NCBI GenBank assembly: GCA_934747255.1
Contig: CAKVGH010000004.1
Span: forward strand, 11,526-75,525
Origin: an uncultured Clostridia bacterium
GTDB lineage: Bacteria > Bacillota > Clostridia > Christensenellales > UBA1242
Direction: 5' to 3'
Length of the DNA: 64,000 bases
Each line of letters begins with the position of its first letter. Position 1 is the stretch's first letter. The translations under genes and the position numbers were made by a program. This document shows positions 1 to 9,229 of the stretch, in pieces. Under the pieces are notes generated by a model. It searched no databases, was not told the DNA's origin, and was given only the letters and a program-made list of their open reading frames with translations.

Positions 1-60
1 TTCACAAATATCGCCTTTTTTTCCTGTTCCCTTTACATCGGTCAATAAAACTACTTTCAT
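1..60 (-). CDS. rplI: 50S ribosomal protein L9, first 20 codons only (gene runs off the left edge)
   Basis: The reverse complement of 1..60 reads MKVVLLTDVKGTGKKGDICE, the canonical L9 N-terminus (MKV.L..DVKG.GKKG). GGAG lies at 69-72 on the minus strand, 8 nt upstream of the ATG. Confidence 0.6.
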   Translation of the reverse strand, partial: MKVVLLTDVKGTGKKGDICE

Positions 61-213
61 AACTTTTTCTCCTTATGTTTGTTATTTCAATTATAATAAT
101 TTTACCAAAAAAAGTCAATATCTGTAGCAACTTATTTAATGTCAAAAACTATTCTTTTTTGATTGTTATATTTTTAATGAAATTAGGCAAAATAAATGTA
201 AGGAGATTGATTT

Positions 214-528
214 ATGGATTTAAGATGTAACAAAACTTGTTGCAAGCACAACAAACAATATGCCTGCAAAGCAAAGGAAATTCATGTGAGCCGTGACACA
301 GATTGCAGAACTTTTGAAAATGATAAACACAAACCAAAACAAGAAAAGCTTTCCAAAACAATGTTTGAACAAGCACCTGAAATTGCTCCATTTAGAGCAA
401 AGGACGATGTAAAAATTAAATGCAACGCAAAATGTTTATTCAACAAGCAAGGCGATTGCATAGCTAATGGAATCACAATTCTTGATGCAAAATATGATGG
501 TAAATGTGGAACTTTTATTGAAAAATAA
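214..528 (+). CDS. DUF1540-type Cys-rich small protein
   Basis: 104 aa with two Cys-rich half repeats (RCNKTCCKHN..YACKAKEIHV..DCRTFE and KCNAKCLFN..GDCIANGITI..GKCGTFIE), the pattern I associate with DUF1540. AGGAG at 201-205. Confidence 0.7.
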   Translation: MDLRCNKTCCKHNKQYACKAKEIHVSRDTDCRTFENDKHKPKQEKLSKTMFEQAPEIAPFRAKDDVKIKCNAKCLFNKQGDCIANGITILDAKYDGKCGTFIEK

Positions 529-732
529 ATTTTTAATTTATAGTAAAAAAAATTACAATTATATAAACAGAATTTCATATTTTTAATAAAAAACTTGAAA
601 AAATCATAAAATTTTCATATTTTTTTCGTATTTTTTAATTATTTTTTCATTTTTTTAGATTTTGCCTATAATATTAACAATATTAAATTTCAAAAAAGAT
701 TTAACTTCTTTAATGCAAAAATTGTTTTAATT

Positions 733-758
733 ATAAAAAAAGTTCACCAAAGTGAACT
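733..758 (-). terminator. Rho-independent terminator after rplA
   Basis: Hairpin agttcac-caaa-gtgaact at 741-758. It is followed on the minus strand by a U-run (A-run 735-740 on plus), 8 nt past the rplA stop. Confidence 0.7.
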
Positions 759-765
759 TTTAATT

Positions 766-1443
766 TTAATACTTAACTCTAATTCCAGGTCCCATTGTTG
801 TAGCAATAGCAACACTCTTTAAGTAAATACCTTTTGCTGCTGATGGTTTAGCCTTAATAATCGCTTCCATAACTGCTGTCATATTTTCTGCAAGTTTTTG
901 TGTTCCAAAACTTACTTTACCGAATATAACATGAACGATATTGTTCTTGTCAAGACGATATTCAACCTTACCTGCTTTAACATCACTAATAGCCTTTGCT
1001 ACATCCATTGTAACAGTACCACTCTTAATGTTTGGCATCAAGCCCTTTGGTCCTAAAATTTTTGCGACTCTACCAACTACACCCATCATATCTGGTGTTG
1101 TAATGCAGACATCAAAATCTGTCCAACCGCCATTGATTTTTGCAATGATATCTTCTGCACCAACATAATCAGCGCCTGCTTTTTCAGCAACTTCTGCTGG
1201 TGTTCCTTTTGCAATAACTAAAACTTTTACAGTCTTACCTGTTCCGTTTGGCAAAACAACTACGCCACGAACTTGTTGGTTAGCATCTCTGCCGTCAACA
1301 CCAAGTTTAACATGAAGTTCTAATGTTTCATCAAACTTTGCTTTTGCTGTTTGAAGTGCCAAATCTATTGCTTCGTTTACTTCGTACAACTTTGACTTAT
1401 CAACAAGATTTGCTACTTCTGTGTATCTTTTTCCTTTTTTCAT
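766..1443 (-). CDS. rplA: 50S ribosomal protein L1
   Basis: 225-aa ORF with recognisable L1 sequence ([45 protein letters not shown]). It lies directly downstream of rplK. Confidence 0.95.
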   Translation of the reverse strand: MKKGKRYTEVANLVDKSKLYEVNEAIDLALQTAKAKFDETLELHVKLGVDGRDANQQVRGVVVLPNGTGKTVKVLVIAKGTPAEVAEKAGADYVGAEDIIAKINGGWTDFDVCITTPDMMGVVGRVAKILGPKGLMPNIKSGTVTMDVAKAISDVKAGKVEYRLDKNNIVHVIFGKVSFGTQKLAENMTAVMEAIIKAKPSAAKGIYLKSVAIATTMGPGIRVKY

Positions 1444-1462
1444 TTTTAATATTTCCTTTTTT

Positions 1463-1503
1463 GTGGTTTTAGCGAGTGCATAACAAATTTACACTCTCCC
1501 ATA
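1463..1503 (-). promoter_or_regulatory. Candidate L1-binding autoregulatory leader element, copy upstream of rplA
   Basis: The minus-strand RNA UAUGGGAGAGUGUAAAUUUGUUAUGCACUCGCUAAAACCAC can fold as GAGUG/CACUC around a 13-nt loop, with GGGAG 5' of the stem. A near-identical copy lies at 1965-2005. Confidence 0.4.
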
Positions 1504-1505
1504 AA

Positions 1506-1931
1506 TTAGTCAACAACTTCTACGCCCATACTTCTTGCTGTGCCAGCTATCATACTCATAGCGGCTTCAACAGAGGCAGCGTTAAGGTCAACCATCTTTG
1601 TTTCTGCAATTTGCTTGATTTGTTCTTTTGTAATCTTTGCAACTTTTGTTTTGTTTGGTGTTGCAGATGCTGTTTCAATTCCGCAAGCCTTTTTAATCAA
1701 AACTGCTGCTGGTGGTGTTTTTGTAACAAAACTAAATGTTCTGTCTTCATACGCCGTAACGATTACAGGAATAATCATTCCAACTTGATTTGCTGTTCTA
1801 TCATTAAATTGTTTTAAGAAATCCATTGTAGGAATTCCGTGAGGTCCAAGAGCAGAACCAACACTTTGTCCTGGTGTTGCTTTACCGCCTGGGAGTTGTA
1901 ATTTAATGACTGCTTTAACTTTCTTTGCCAT
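1506..1931 (-). CDS. rplK: 50S ribosomal protein L11
   Basis: 141-aa ORF with canonical L11 sequence ([33 protein letters not shown]...FLKQFN). Confidence 0.95.
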   Translation of the reverse strand: MAKKVKAVIKLQLPGGKATPGQSVGSALGPHGIPTMDFLKQFNDRTANQVGMIIPVIVTAYEDRTFSFVTKTPPAAVLIKKACGIETASATPNKTKVAKITKEQIKQIAETKMVDLNAASVEAAMSMIAGTARSMGVEVVD

Positions 1932-1964
1932 TTTTTCCTCCTACTCTTATCAAAAAGAGTGTTT

Positions 1965-2005
1965 GTGGTTTTAACGAGTGCATAACAAATTTACACTTCT
2001 CCCAC
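1965..2005 (-). promoter_or_regulatory. Candidate L1-binding autoregulatory leader element, copy upstream of rplK
   Basis: Same roughly 41-nt element as 1463-1503, differing by one substitution and one 1-nt insertion (gtggttttaacgagtgcataacaaatttacacttctcccaca). It sits in the nusG-rplK intergenic region. Confidence 0.4.
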
Positions 2006-2036
2006 ATTTATTAAAACAAACTTTCGTTTGGTTTAA

Positions 2037-2591
2037 TTAAAATTGATTGATTTTTCTTATTTGGTCAAGAGCAACATCAACTGGTGTTTCTCTACCAAAC
2101 ATTTCTACCATAACTTTTGCCTTGTTAAGTTCTGGTTCAACACTGATAACAGTGCCTAATTGTCCATTTAGTGGACCGTCTAAAATTTCCACTTTGTCGT
2201 CTAGTTGAATAGATGTATCAACTTTTGTTTTTTCTAGTCGCATATTTTGAATTTCTTGTTCGGTGAGTTCAAGTGGTCTTCCCTTTGGTCCAACAAATCC
2301 TGTTATCCCCCTAGTACCAACAACTCTGTGCCAAATATCATCGCCATAAATCATTTTAACAAGCAAATAAGTTGGCATAACTTTTCGTTCCACCAAAACT
2401 TTTTTGCCGTCTGGCTTTTCTTCAATAACTTCTTCCATAGGAATAACAATATCGAAAATTCTATCTTGAAGATTGTTCTTTTCGGCTACTCTTTGCAAGT
2501 TTTCCTTTGCGACATTCTCATAACCAGAAATTGTATGCAAAACATACCATTTTGCTTTGGTGTCTGGCTTGATAATTTCAAATTCTTCCAT
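2037..2591 (-). CDS. nusG: Transcription termination/antitermination factor NusG
   Basis: NGN domain (KWYVLHTISGYENVAKENL) and KOW motif (KVEILDGPLNGQLGTVISV). I start it at ATG 2591, which has a GGAGG-type ribosome-binding site (GGAGGC, plus-strand 2595-2600), instead of the track start 2618, which overlaps secE. Confidence 0.9.
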   Translation of the reverse strand: MEEFEIIKPDTKAKWYVLHTISGYENVAKENLQRVAEKNNLQDRIFDIVIPMEEVIEEKPDGKKVLVERKVMPTYLLVKMIYGDDIWHRVVGTRGITGFVGPKGRPLELTEQEIQNMRLEKTKVDTSIQLDDKVEILDGPLNGQLGTVISVEPELNKAKVMVEMFGRETPVDVALDQIRKINQF

Positions 2592-2601
2592 TTTGCCTCC
2601 T

Positions 2602-2895
2602 TTAACCGATTGAACCAATAATTAACTGATACAATAGGCTGAGCAATCTGTCAACTCCAAACAAAACGAGTGTTGCGAGCAAAACGAAGCCAACAACAAT
2701 ACCTGTTCGTTTGCAAACTTGTCCAAATGAAAGCCAAGAAACCTTTTTAAGTTCACTTGTTGTTTCCTTAACCTTTCGTGCAACCTTGTGTTCTTTTGGC
2801 TTCTTTTCTTTTTTCTTTTTTGAACCTACTTGTTCTTGTTTGGCTGACTTATTGTCTTCTTCAACCAAAACTTCCTTTTCATTAAGATTTGCCAT
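2602..2895 (-). CDS. secE: Preprotein translocase subunit SecE
   Basis: 97 aa with a Lys-rich N-terminus, an ELKKVSWLS motif and a single C-terminal TM helix (IVVGFVLLATLVLFGV). It holds the conserved position between rpmG and nusG. Confidence 0.85.
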   Translation of the reverse strand: MANLNEKEVLVEEDNKSAKQEQVGSKKKKEKKPKEHKVARKVKETTSELKKVSWLSFGQVCKRTGIVVGFVLLATLVLFGVDRLLSLLYQLIIGSIG

Positions 2896-2912
2896 ACTAA
2901 ACCTCTTTATAA

Positions 2913-3062
2913 TTATTTTGTTTCTTTATGAACTGTATGTTTTTTACAAAATCTGCAATACTTTTTTAGTTCGATACGATCAGGTGTATTTTTTTTGTTT
3001 TTCATATCATCATAATTTCTTTGCTTACATTCTGTGCAAGCGAGTGTGATTTTATCTCTCAT
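2913..3062 (-). CDS. rpmG: 50S ribosomal protein L33 (below the ORF-track length cutoff)
   Basis: The reverse complement translates to [49 protein letters not shown] (49 aa), a clear L33 with CxxC...CxxC. GGGAGG lies upstream of the ATG at 3062. Confidence 0.9.
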   Translation of the reverse strand: MRDKITLACTECKQRNYDDMKNKKNTPDRIELKKYCRFCKKHTVHKETK

Positions 3063-3111
3063 AGGTATTTTTTCCTCCCTAAAAAATAGCACCTTTCAAA
3101 AGTGCAAGATT

Positions 3112-3140
3112 ATTTTAACATAACAAAAGACGCTTGTCAA
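3112..3140 (-). promoter_or_regulatory. Sigma-A-type promoter of the rpmG-secE-nusG unit
   Basis: Minus strand reads TTGACA (3140-3135), a 17-nt spacer, then TAAAAT (3117-3112) with an extended -10 TGT. Confidence 0.6.
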
Positions 3141-3205
3141 CTAATTATTAGAATTTGTATTTATTTTATTTCTATATTATAATTTAATTTATATATCAAA
3201 ACAGA

Positions 3206-3234
3206 ATAAGAAAAAGCGAAGGAATAATCCTTCG
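3206..3234 (-). terminator. Rho-independent terminator after the 365-aa ORF
   Basis: Hairpin cgaagga-ataa-tccttcg at 3217-3234, followed on the minus strand by CUUUUUCUU. Confidence 0.65.
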
Positions 3235-3238
3235 TTTT

Positions 3239-4336
3239 TTACATCATTTCTTCCATACCTTCTGTTTCTACATTTATTTTAGGCTGTTTTTTAGATTGCT
3301 TATTTTTTTCTTTCACAACTGATGAGTTTGCCTTTTCAACCTTTGGCTCTGTTTTCTTAACTGGAATTTTGTCCTTTGGTTGTTGTTTTTCTGGTTTTTC
3401 TTGTTTTTCTGTATCAACAATGTTTACTTTTGTAATCTTTTGATATTGTTCGTATTCCTTTTTCTGTGAAGCATCTAATTGCGATTGCAATTTCATTGTT
3501 ACCATTGTTTCAATATTATATTGTGCTTCAGCATACTTTGCTTGAATTTTTCTTAAAGCATTTATCAATACCAAATCTTCTAGTTCTAGCGAAATACTTT
3601 CAACTACATTATCAAAAATTTGGTTAATGTAACGATAAAACAACTTGTCTTTTTTGTTCAAGAATGGTTCTTTTGCGTGAAAAACTTGCCTATTAAATTC
3701 CTCTATAAATTTTGGAGCAACTTTTGATTTTAATACGGCCTCCATTCGCTTTTCATAGAGCTCTTTTTCAATGTCCACACAAAGTTCATCACACTCTTTT
3801 TTTACATCTTTTAAGTAATTTAATCTTCTCAAAATAGCAGGAAATTCATAGTCATTTTCAACCTTTGCTCCTGTTTCATCTTGTTTGTGAATGTTATATT
3901 TTTCAAAAATTTCCTGTTCAACACCATTTCTGTCATTGAAAACTCTTGAATCAATAACAACAGAATTTGTATCGGTATAATAACCATTGACTTTTTCCAC
4001 TTCTTCGAGTAGCACTAAACTTGCAGTAACCTTTCCTTTTAGCGGAGAGTCAGGAATAATATTTAGTGAAAATTTAATTTTTTTATCATCAAAAGTTTTT
4101 AGACTTTCGCAAAAAATGGTCTTGTGAAAAGTATCAGTGTAAACTTTATACATTTTGATAAGTTCTTCCACCAAGGCTTTGTTTACAACATAACTGCCAA
4201 CCATATTAAAATCACCAAGCAAACCGTTGCATGAAACATCAACTCGTTGCTTTGTTCTATAATAATCAATGTCCGCTTTATTGTAAATATATCCACCTTC
4301 AATATCGTGTCTGCGGTATTTAAGATTTTCTTCCAT
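3239..4336 (-). CDS. Hypothetical protein with Lys/Glu-rich C-terminal tail
   Basis: 365-aa ORF with GGAGG upstream of the ATG at 4336. I recognise no motif. The C-terminal roughly 70 aa are K/E/Q-rich low complexity. Confidence 0.6.
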   Translation of the reverse strand: MEENLKYRRHDIEGGYIYNKADIDYYRTKQRVDVSCNGLLGDFNMVGSYVVNKALVEELIKMYKVYTDTFHKTIFCESLKTFDDKKIKFSLNIIPDSPLKGKVTASLVLLEEVEKVNGYYTDTNSVVIDSRVFNDRNGVEQEIFEKYNIHKQDETGAKVENDYEFPAILRRLNYLKDVKKECDELCVDIEKELYEKRMEAVLKSKVAPKFIEEFNRQVFHAKEPFLNKKDKLFYRYINQIFDNVVESISLELEDLVLINALRKIQAKYAEAQYNIETMVTMKLQSQLDASQKKEYEQYQKITKVNIVDTEKQEKPEKQQPKDKIPVKKTEPKVEKANSSVVKEKNKQSKKQPKINVETEGMEEMM

Positions 4337-4409
4337 TTTTTGCCTCCATTTGTTATATTATAACAATAAAATTTTTCTTTGTAAAACTAAACGAGTATCA
4401 TTTATCAAA

Positions 4410-5858
4410 TTAGAAAATATCTGTAATGTTGCTATCATCTAGTGGTACGATTTTTGGAAGTGGTTCATTTGGCTGTTTTTTTGTGTCAAAATTTGGCATA
4501 GATTTTTCCAAACTTCCCGCATCGGCATCTTTGCTTAAATTCATAAATGTTGTATGTTCTCTTACAAATTTAAGGTTGATTGTTCCCACTGCACCATTTC
4601 TATGTTTTGCAAGAATGAGTTCAACTATTCCTTGTTTTTTAGATTCATCATTTGTATAATTATCTGGATTGTAAATAAACATTACAATATCTGCGTCCTG
4701 TTCGATTGCGCCCGACTCTCTTAAATCCGAAAGCATTGGTCTATGGTCGGTTCTTTGTTCGGTTGCACGAGATAATTGTGAAAGCAATATGATTGGAACA
4801 TCAAGTTCCTTGGCCGCAATTTTGAGCATTCTTGTCATATCACTGATTTGTTGTTGACGATTGGCATCGCTACCACTTGTTGTACTGCTCATAAGTTGCA
4901 AATAGTCAATCATAATAAGGTCTAGGCCCTTTTCTCTTTTTAACTTACGGCATTTTGATAAAATATCCATTGGGGTATTAAGCGAACTATCATCAACATA
5001 AATTTGTGCCTCGCTAAAGTCTTTGTTAGCTTGCCATAATGCTGCCCATTCTTCGCTGTTTAATTCGCCTTTCAAAGCTTTTTCCATACTAACAAATGCG
5101 TGAGAACACAAACTTCTTTGAGCAAGTTGAACTTTTGGCATTTCTAGTGAAAATAATGCACACTTTGCTTTTGACTGCAAGGCACAGTTGTTAACGATAT
5201 TCATAGCAAGAGATGTTTTACCAACACCTGGACGAGCAGCAAGCAAGATTAAGTCGCCTTTTTGCAAACCATTCGTCATCTTATCAAGGGCATAAAAACC
5301 TGTCTTTAATCCTTTGAGAGCATCTTTATCTTGACTGATAAGTTGGAATTTATCGAGTACTTCTTTAACCGAGCCGGCAATAAGTTCCAAACTAGAAAGT
5401 GATTGCTTGTCGCCAATATCAAAAATTTCTTTTTCGGCAAATTTTAGTGCATCAACCATATCGTCACTTTCGTATGCTTTTTGGACAATCTTTTCGCCAG
5501 CAGTTATAAGTTGTCTTAAAATTAAATCTCGCTTTAATATTTCAGCATAATGACCAATATTAGCAGCGGTTGGGACTATGTTTGTTAGCGTTGTCAAATA
5601 TTCAACACCGCCAACTGCTTCCAAATCGCCAGATTTTTCAAGTTCGCTAACGACAGTCACATAATCAATAGGTCTGTTTTTAGCATAGATTTTTTGCATT
5701 GCTGTAAAAATCTTTTTATGACTTAATGAATAAAATGCTTCTTCCGTAAAGCCACTACATACAAAACTTGATGCGTTTTCACTAATCATCATTGAGCCTA
5801 AAACCGCCTGTTCGGTTTCAATGCTATATGGCATTTTTCTAACAATCTTACTATCCAT
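4410..5858 (-). CDS. dnaB: Replicative DNA helicase DnaB
   Basis: 482 aa with a DnaB N-terminal domain (PYSIETEQAVLGSMM), Walker A AARPGVGKTS, and the LFSLEM, MIDYLQLM and LSQLSR motifs. Confidence 0.95.
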   Translation of the reverse strand: MDSKIVRKMPYSIETEQAVLGSMMISENASSFVCSGFTEEAFYSLSHKKIFTAMQKIYAKNRPIDYVTVVSELEKSGDLEAVGGVEYLTTLTNIVPTAANIGHYAEILKRDLILRQLITAGEKIVQKAYESDDMVDALKFAEKEIFDIGDKQSLSSLELIAGSVKEVLDKFQLISQDKDALKGLKTGFYALDKMTNGLQKGDLILLAARPGVGKTSLAMNIVNNCALQSKAKCALFSLEMPKVQLAQRSLCSHAFVSMEKALKGELNSEEWAALWQANKDFSEAQIYVDDSSLNTPMDILSKCRKLKREKGLDLIMIDYLQLMSSTTSGSDANRQQQISDMTRMLKIAAKELDVPIILLSQLSRATEQRTDHRPMLSDLRESGAIEQDADIVMFIYNPDNYTNDESKKQGIVELILAKHRNGAVGTINLKFVREHTTFMNLSKDADAGSLEKSMPNFDTKKQPNEPLPKIVPLDDSNITDIF

Positions 5859-5929
5859 TGATTTATTTTTTCTCCTTTAATTGTAAACAGAATTGCGTGT
5901 TTAATTTGTATTTTTTACTATACTCGCAA

Positions 5930-6271
5930 TTATTTTTCTTCGTTTTTATCTTTATTAGAACTATCTTTTTTATCGCTTGATTTTGAGCCTTTTTTGTCTT
6001 TTTGTTCCGTTTCGGTAACATTATAAAAGTTTTTGTATTTTCGCTTTAATTTTGCTTCTTCTCGTCTTTGCTCTAATTTTTTTTGATGTTTTGCCCACCA
6101 CAATTCTTCAATTACAAAGGCAACCGCACCTATGACAACATACATTAGTATTATCAAAAAATTACTAATTTTACCTGTCAAAAACACACCAATCAAAACA
6201 AATATTGGTAAACATATCAAAAAGGTAATAAAAAATCTCTTAAAGATTTTTACAAATTCTTTTTTAGTCAT
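5930..6271 (-). CDS. Small membrane protein with charged tail
   Basis: 113 aa with two hydrophobic helices (FFITFLICLPIFVLIGVFL and LIILMYVVIGAVAFVI), then a K/E/D/S-rich tail. Confidence 0.5.
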   Translation of the reverse strand: MTKKEFVKIFKRFFITFLICLPIFVLIGVFLTGKISNFLIILMYVVIGAVAFVIEELWWAKHQKKLEQRREEAKLKRKYKNFYNVTETEQKDKKGSKSSDKKDSSNKDKNEEK

Positions 6272-6362
6272 ATAGTTCTATTGTAAAATAAAATCAGCTA
6301 ATTTGCAAGTATTATTTTAATTAAAAATAAAAACTCACAAAAAATGCGAGTTTTATTTTTCT

Positions 6363-8198
6363 TTATTTTGTGTTAAGACCGAGTTTTTTTGCTCTTTCTC
6401 TCATTCTCATTTGGTGGTCCAAAATGATTTTTCTAATTCTAATGCTTCGTGGAGTAACTTCTAGCAATTCGTCATCGCCGATAAACTCTATTGCCTCTTC
6501 CAAACTCATAACTTTTGGTGGTTCAAGACGCAATGCTTCGTCACTAGAACTAGAACGACAGTTGGACAAATGCTTTGTTTTGCATACATTTACAACCAAG
6601 TCTTCATTTTTTGGATTTTCGCCAACAACCATACCCATATAAACTGGTGTGTTTGGTCCTATAAATAATCTGCCACGGTCTTGCGCATTGTATAATCCAT
6701 AAACAATACTTTCGCCTGTTTCGTAAGAAATCAAACTACCCATATTTCTTCTTTCAATATCGCCTTTGTATGGCTCAAAATCAAAGTGAACAGAACTCAT
6801 AATGCCTTCGCCACGAGTATCTGTTAAAAGTTCACTCTTGTAGCCAAACAAACCCCTGCTTGGAATTTTGAACTCCATTTTAATACGGCTACCGTGACTT
6901 GTCATATTAACAAGTTCGCCTTTTCTAATACCCATTTTGCACATTACTGCATTCATATTCTCTTCTGGCACATCTACAACAAGCAAGTCGATAGGTTCGT
7001 ACTTAACACCATCTCTCATTTGATACAAAACTTTTGGCATTGACACTTGAAATTCATAGCCTTCTCTACGCATATTTTCAATCAAAATTGAAAGGTGCAT
7101 TTCGCCACGGCCACAAACTCTAAATGCTTCGGTAGTTTCGGTATCACTAACCTTCAAACTCAAATCTCTGTCTGCTTCTCGATACAATCTTTCTCTTAAA
7201 TGTCTGCTTGTAACAAATTTACCTTCCTTTCCAGCAAATGGTGAATCATTTACTCTAAAAGTCATTTCTACACTAGGTTCGCTAATTTTTACAAATGGTA
7301 ATGCTTCTACTCTATCAGTAGCACACATAGTATCGCCAATTCTAACATTAGCACAGCCAGCAATGGCAACAATGTCACCAACTTCGGCACTTTCCACTGG
7401 AACTTTTTTCATACCTTCGTATTGGAACACGCTAGATATTTTGCATTTTTCATCTTCTTTTTCGTGATGGTAGTTTGTTAAAACAATTTGTTGACCATTT
7501 TTTACAATACCGCTGGTAATTTTACCGATACCCATTTTGCCTACATAACCATTGTTTTCGGTCGATGATACAAGCATTCTAAATGGCTCATTAATGTTGC
7601 CTTCTGGTGCTGGAATATACTCAACAATTTTATCTAGTAATGGTTTGAAATCTTCGCCCATTTCATCTCGTTTAAGGCTTGATTTTCCGGTTCTAGCAGA
7701 GCAATAAACCACTGGACTATCTAGTTGTTCATCACTAGCATTTAAGTCCATAAAGAGTTCCAAAACTTCGTCTTCAACTTCCTTAATTCTAGCATCTGGT
7801 CTATCAATTTTGTTGATAACAACAATTACTTTTAGGTTTAACGCAAGCGCCTTTTCCAAAACAAATCGTGTTTGTGGCATTGGACCTTCAAAAGCATCAA
7901 CAACAAGCAAAACACCGTCAACCATTTTTAGTGAACGCTCAACTTCGCCTCCAAAATCTGCGTGCCCCGGAGTATCAACAATATTGATTTTTACACCATT
8001 GTGCATACAAGCAGTATTTTTGGCTAGAATTGTAATTCCTCTTTCTCTTTCAAGGTCGCCAGAGTCCATAACCCTATCTTGAACCACTTGGTTTTCTCTA
8101 AAAACTCCGCCTTGCTTTAACATCTCGTTAACTAGACTTGTTTTGCCGTGGTCAACGTGGGCTATAATGGCGATATTTCTTATTCTTTCGTTTTTCAT
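6363..8198 (-). CDS. typA: Translational GTPase TypA/BipA
   Basis: 611 aa with G1 AHVDHGKTS, G3 DTPGHADFGGEVER and G4 NKID. Overall BipA-like layout. Confidence 0.95.
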   Translation of the reverse strand: MKNERIRNIAIIAHVDHGKTSLVNEMLKQGGVFRENQVVQDRVMDSGDLERERGITILAKNTACMHNGVKINIVDTPGHADFGGEVERSLKMVDGVLLVVDAFEGPMPQTRFVLEKALALNLKVIVVINKIDRPDARIKEVEDEVLELFMDLNASDEQLDSPVVYCSARTGKSSLKRDEMGEDFKPLLDKIVEYIPAPEGNINEPFRMLVSSTENNGYVGKMGIGKITSGIVKNGQQIVLTNYHHEKEDEKCKISSVFQYEGMKKVPVESAEVGDIVAIAGCANVRIGDTMCATDRVEALPFVKISEPSVEMTFRVNDSPFAGKEGKFVTSRHLRERLYREADRDLSLKVSDTETTEAFRVCGRGEMHLSILIENMRREGYEFQVSMPKVLYQMRDGVKYEPIDLLVVDVPEENMNAVMCKMGIRKGELVNMTSHGSRIKMEFKIPSRGLFGYKSELLTDTRGEGIMSSVHFDFEPYKGDIERRNMGSLISYETGESIVYGLYNAQDRGRLFIGPNTPVYMGMVVGENPKNEDLVVNVCKTKHLSNCRSSSSDEALRLEPPKVMSLEEAIEFIGDDELLEVTPRSIRIRKIILDHQMRMRERAKKLGLNTK

Positions 8199-8211
8199 AT
8201 AATACCTTCCT

Positions 8212-8246
8212 TAAAAATCAAAAATAGGTTGCTCACCTATTTTTTA
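8212..8246 (-). terminator. Rho-independent terminator after the 8271-9122 gene
   Basis: Hairpin ataggt-tgctc-acctat at 8224-8240, followed on the minus strand by UUUUUGAUUUUU. Confidence 0.6.
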
Positions 8247-8270
8247 TAACTTTGCTTGCAAAGTATAGCA

Positions 8271-9122
8271 CTAATTTTGCTCATTAGCAATAGTATTTTC
8301 AACTTTTTTTGGTTTTTTCTTAAAAATTATTACCACTATTAAAACAAATAATACAAGTAGTGTCAACGCAATGGCAACCAAATACCACGCAACTGGGTTA
8401 ATAACTATTTGGTAAGTTGCTATCTCTTGATTTAGATTGTCAGCATCAAACACCCAATGATGTATTGTAGTGCCGTTTTGAGAATAAGTTTCATTAGCAT
8501 TTGAATACAACTTGTTTGTTGGCACTCCGTAGTAAAAATTGTATTTTACATCACTCAAAGTAAATGCTGTTGTATTTTCTTGCGAGCCATCAAATAATGC
8601 TAGCATATCCTGGGCAAATTCACTATTTTGTAAGTTGTAATACACAGTCTTATTAAATGTGATTATCTTGTTATAAAATAGTCCTTTAACAATTTGAGTT
8701 CTTGTATCATTATCATCATCTTCACTACTGCCACTAGAACCACCGCTTGCATAAGTATTAAAACTTCTAAATACAGCATTATTTTCGTAACTCATATAGG
8801 CATAAAAACTATCTTCATCAACTTCAACAAGTTCACATTTTACACCACAAGTACTAGGAGTTGCATCAATACTTATTGCATAGTACATAATTTTTGTGTT
8901 TTGATTACTAACAACGGTTTGCATTTTGCTTAAAACTTTTTGCTTTGCACTTGCAAAAGTGTAACCTGCATTTTCGATTGCAGTTTTATCCAAATCAACT
9001 TGAAATGCTTGTTCAATCTTTCCGTTTGAGTCAACAATAACGGAATAAGAAATTTCCGCACAACCGCAGAACAAAAAACAACCAACAAGCAATAGACTTA
9101 TACAACAAAAAAATTTCTTCAT
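8271..9122 (-). CDS. Putative lipoprotein with C-terminal TM anchor
   Basis: Signal and lipobox-like N-terminus MKKFFCCISLLLVGCFLFCGC when started at ATG 9122. C-terminal helix VAWYLVAIALTLLVLFVLIVVIIF. The start is uncertain: no clear SD, and the track uses an upstream GTG at 9161. Confidence 0.55.
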   Translation of the reverse strand: MKKFFCCISLLLVGCFLFCGCAEISYSVIVDSNGKIEQAFQVDLDKTAIENAGYTFASAKQKVLSKMQTVVSNQNTKIMYYAISIDATPSTCGVKCELVEVDEDSFYAYMSYENNAVFRSFNTYASGGSSGSSEDDDNDTRTQIVKGLFYNKIITFNKTVYYNLQNSEFAQDMLALFDGSQENTTAFTLSDVKYNFYYGVPTNKLYSNANETYSQNGTTIHHWVFDADNLNQEIATYQIVINPVAWYLVAIALTLLVLFVLIVVIIFKKKPKKVENTIANEQN

Positions 9123-9229
9123 ACAGATAATTATATTATAATTTTTTAATTTATAAAACACATTTTGATTAAATAAAAAAATTTAGGCAAATATAATTCT
9201 ATCAAAAACTAAAATTTAAGGAGATTAAA

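Noticed and set aside
642-663. The repeat ttttttcattttttt(t)agattt is shared between 642-663 and 29284-29305, with similar strings near 45409 and 53350.
   Set aside because: This is low-complexity T-run sequence that recurs in many intergenic regions here. It has no consistent position relative to genes and no extended flanking similarity.
1476-1817. Antisense ORFs in the six-frame track that overlap well-supported genes. Examples: 1476-1817 and 1540-1788 opposite rplK, 37101-37562 inside the giant gene, 48835-49239 (His/Arg-rich) opposite the acidic protein, 58420-58710 opposite the Q/N-rich tail, and 22233-23193 opposite virB4.
   Set aside because: Each lies entirely inside a longer ORF on the other strand that has clear family motifs or a ribosome-binding site. 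Their odd compositions (Cys/Phe-rich or His/Arg-rich) are mirror images of the real gene's codon bias. None has a convincing ribosome-binding site.
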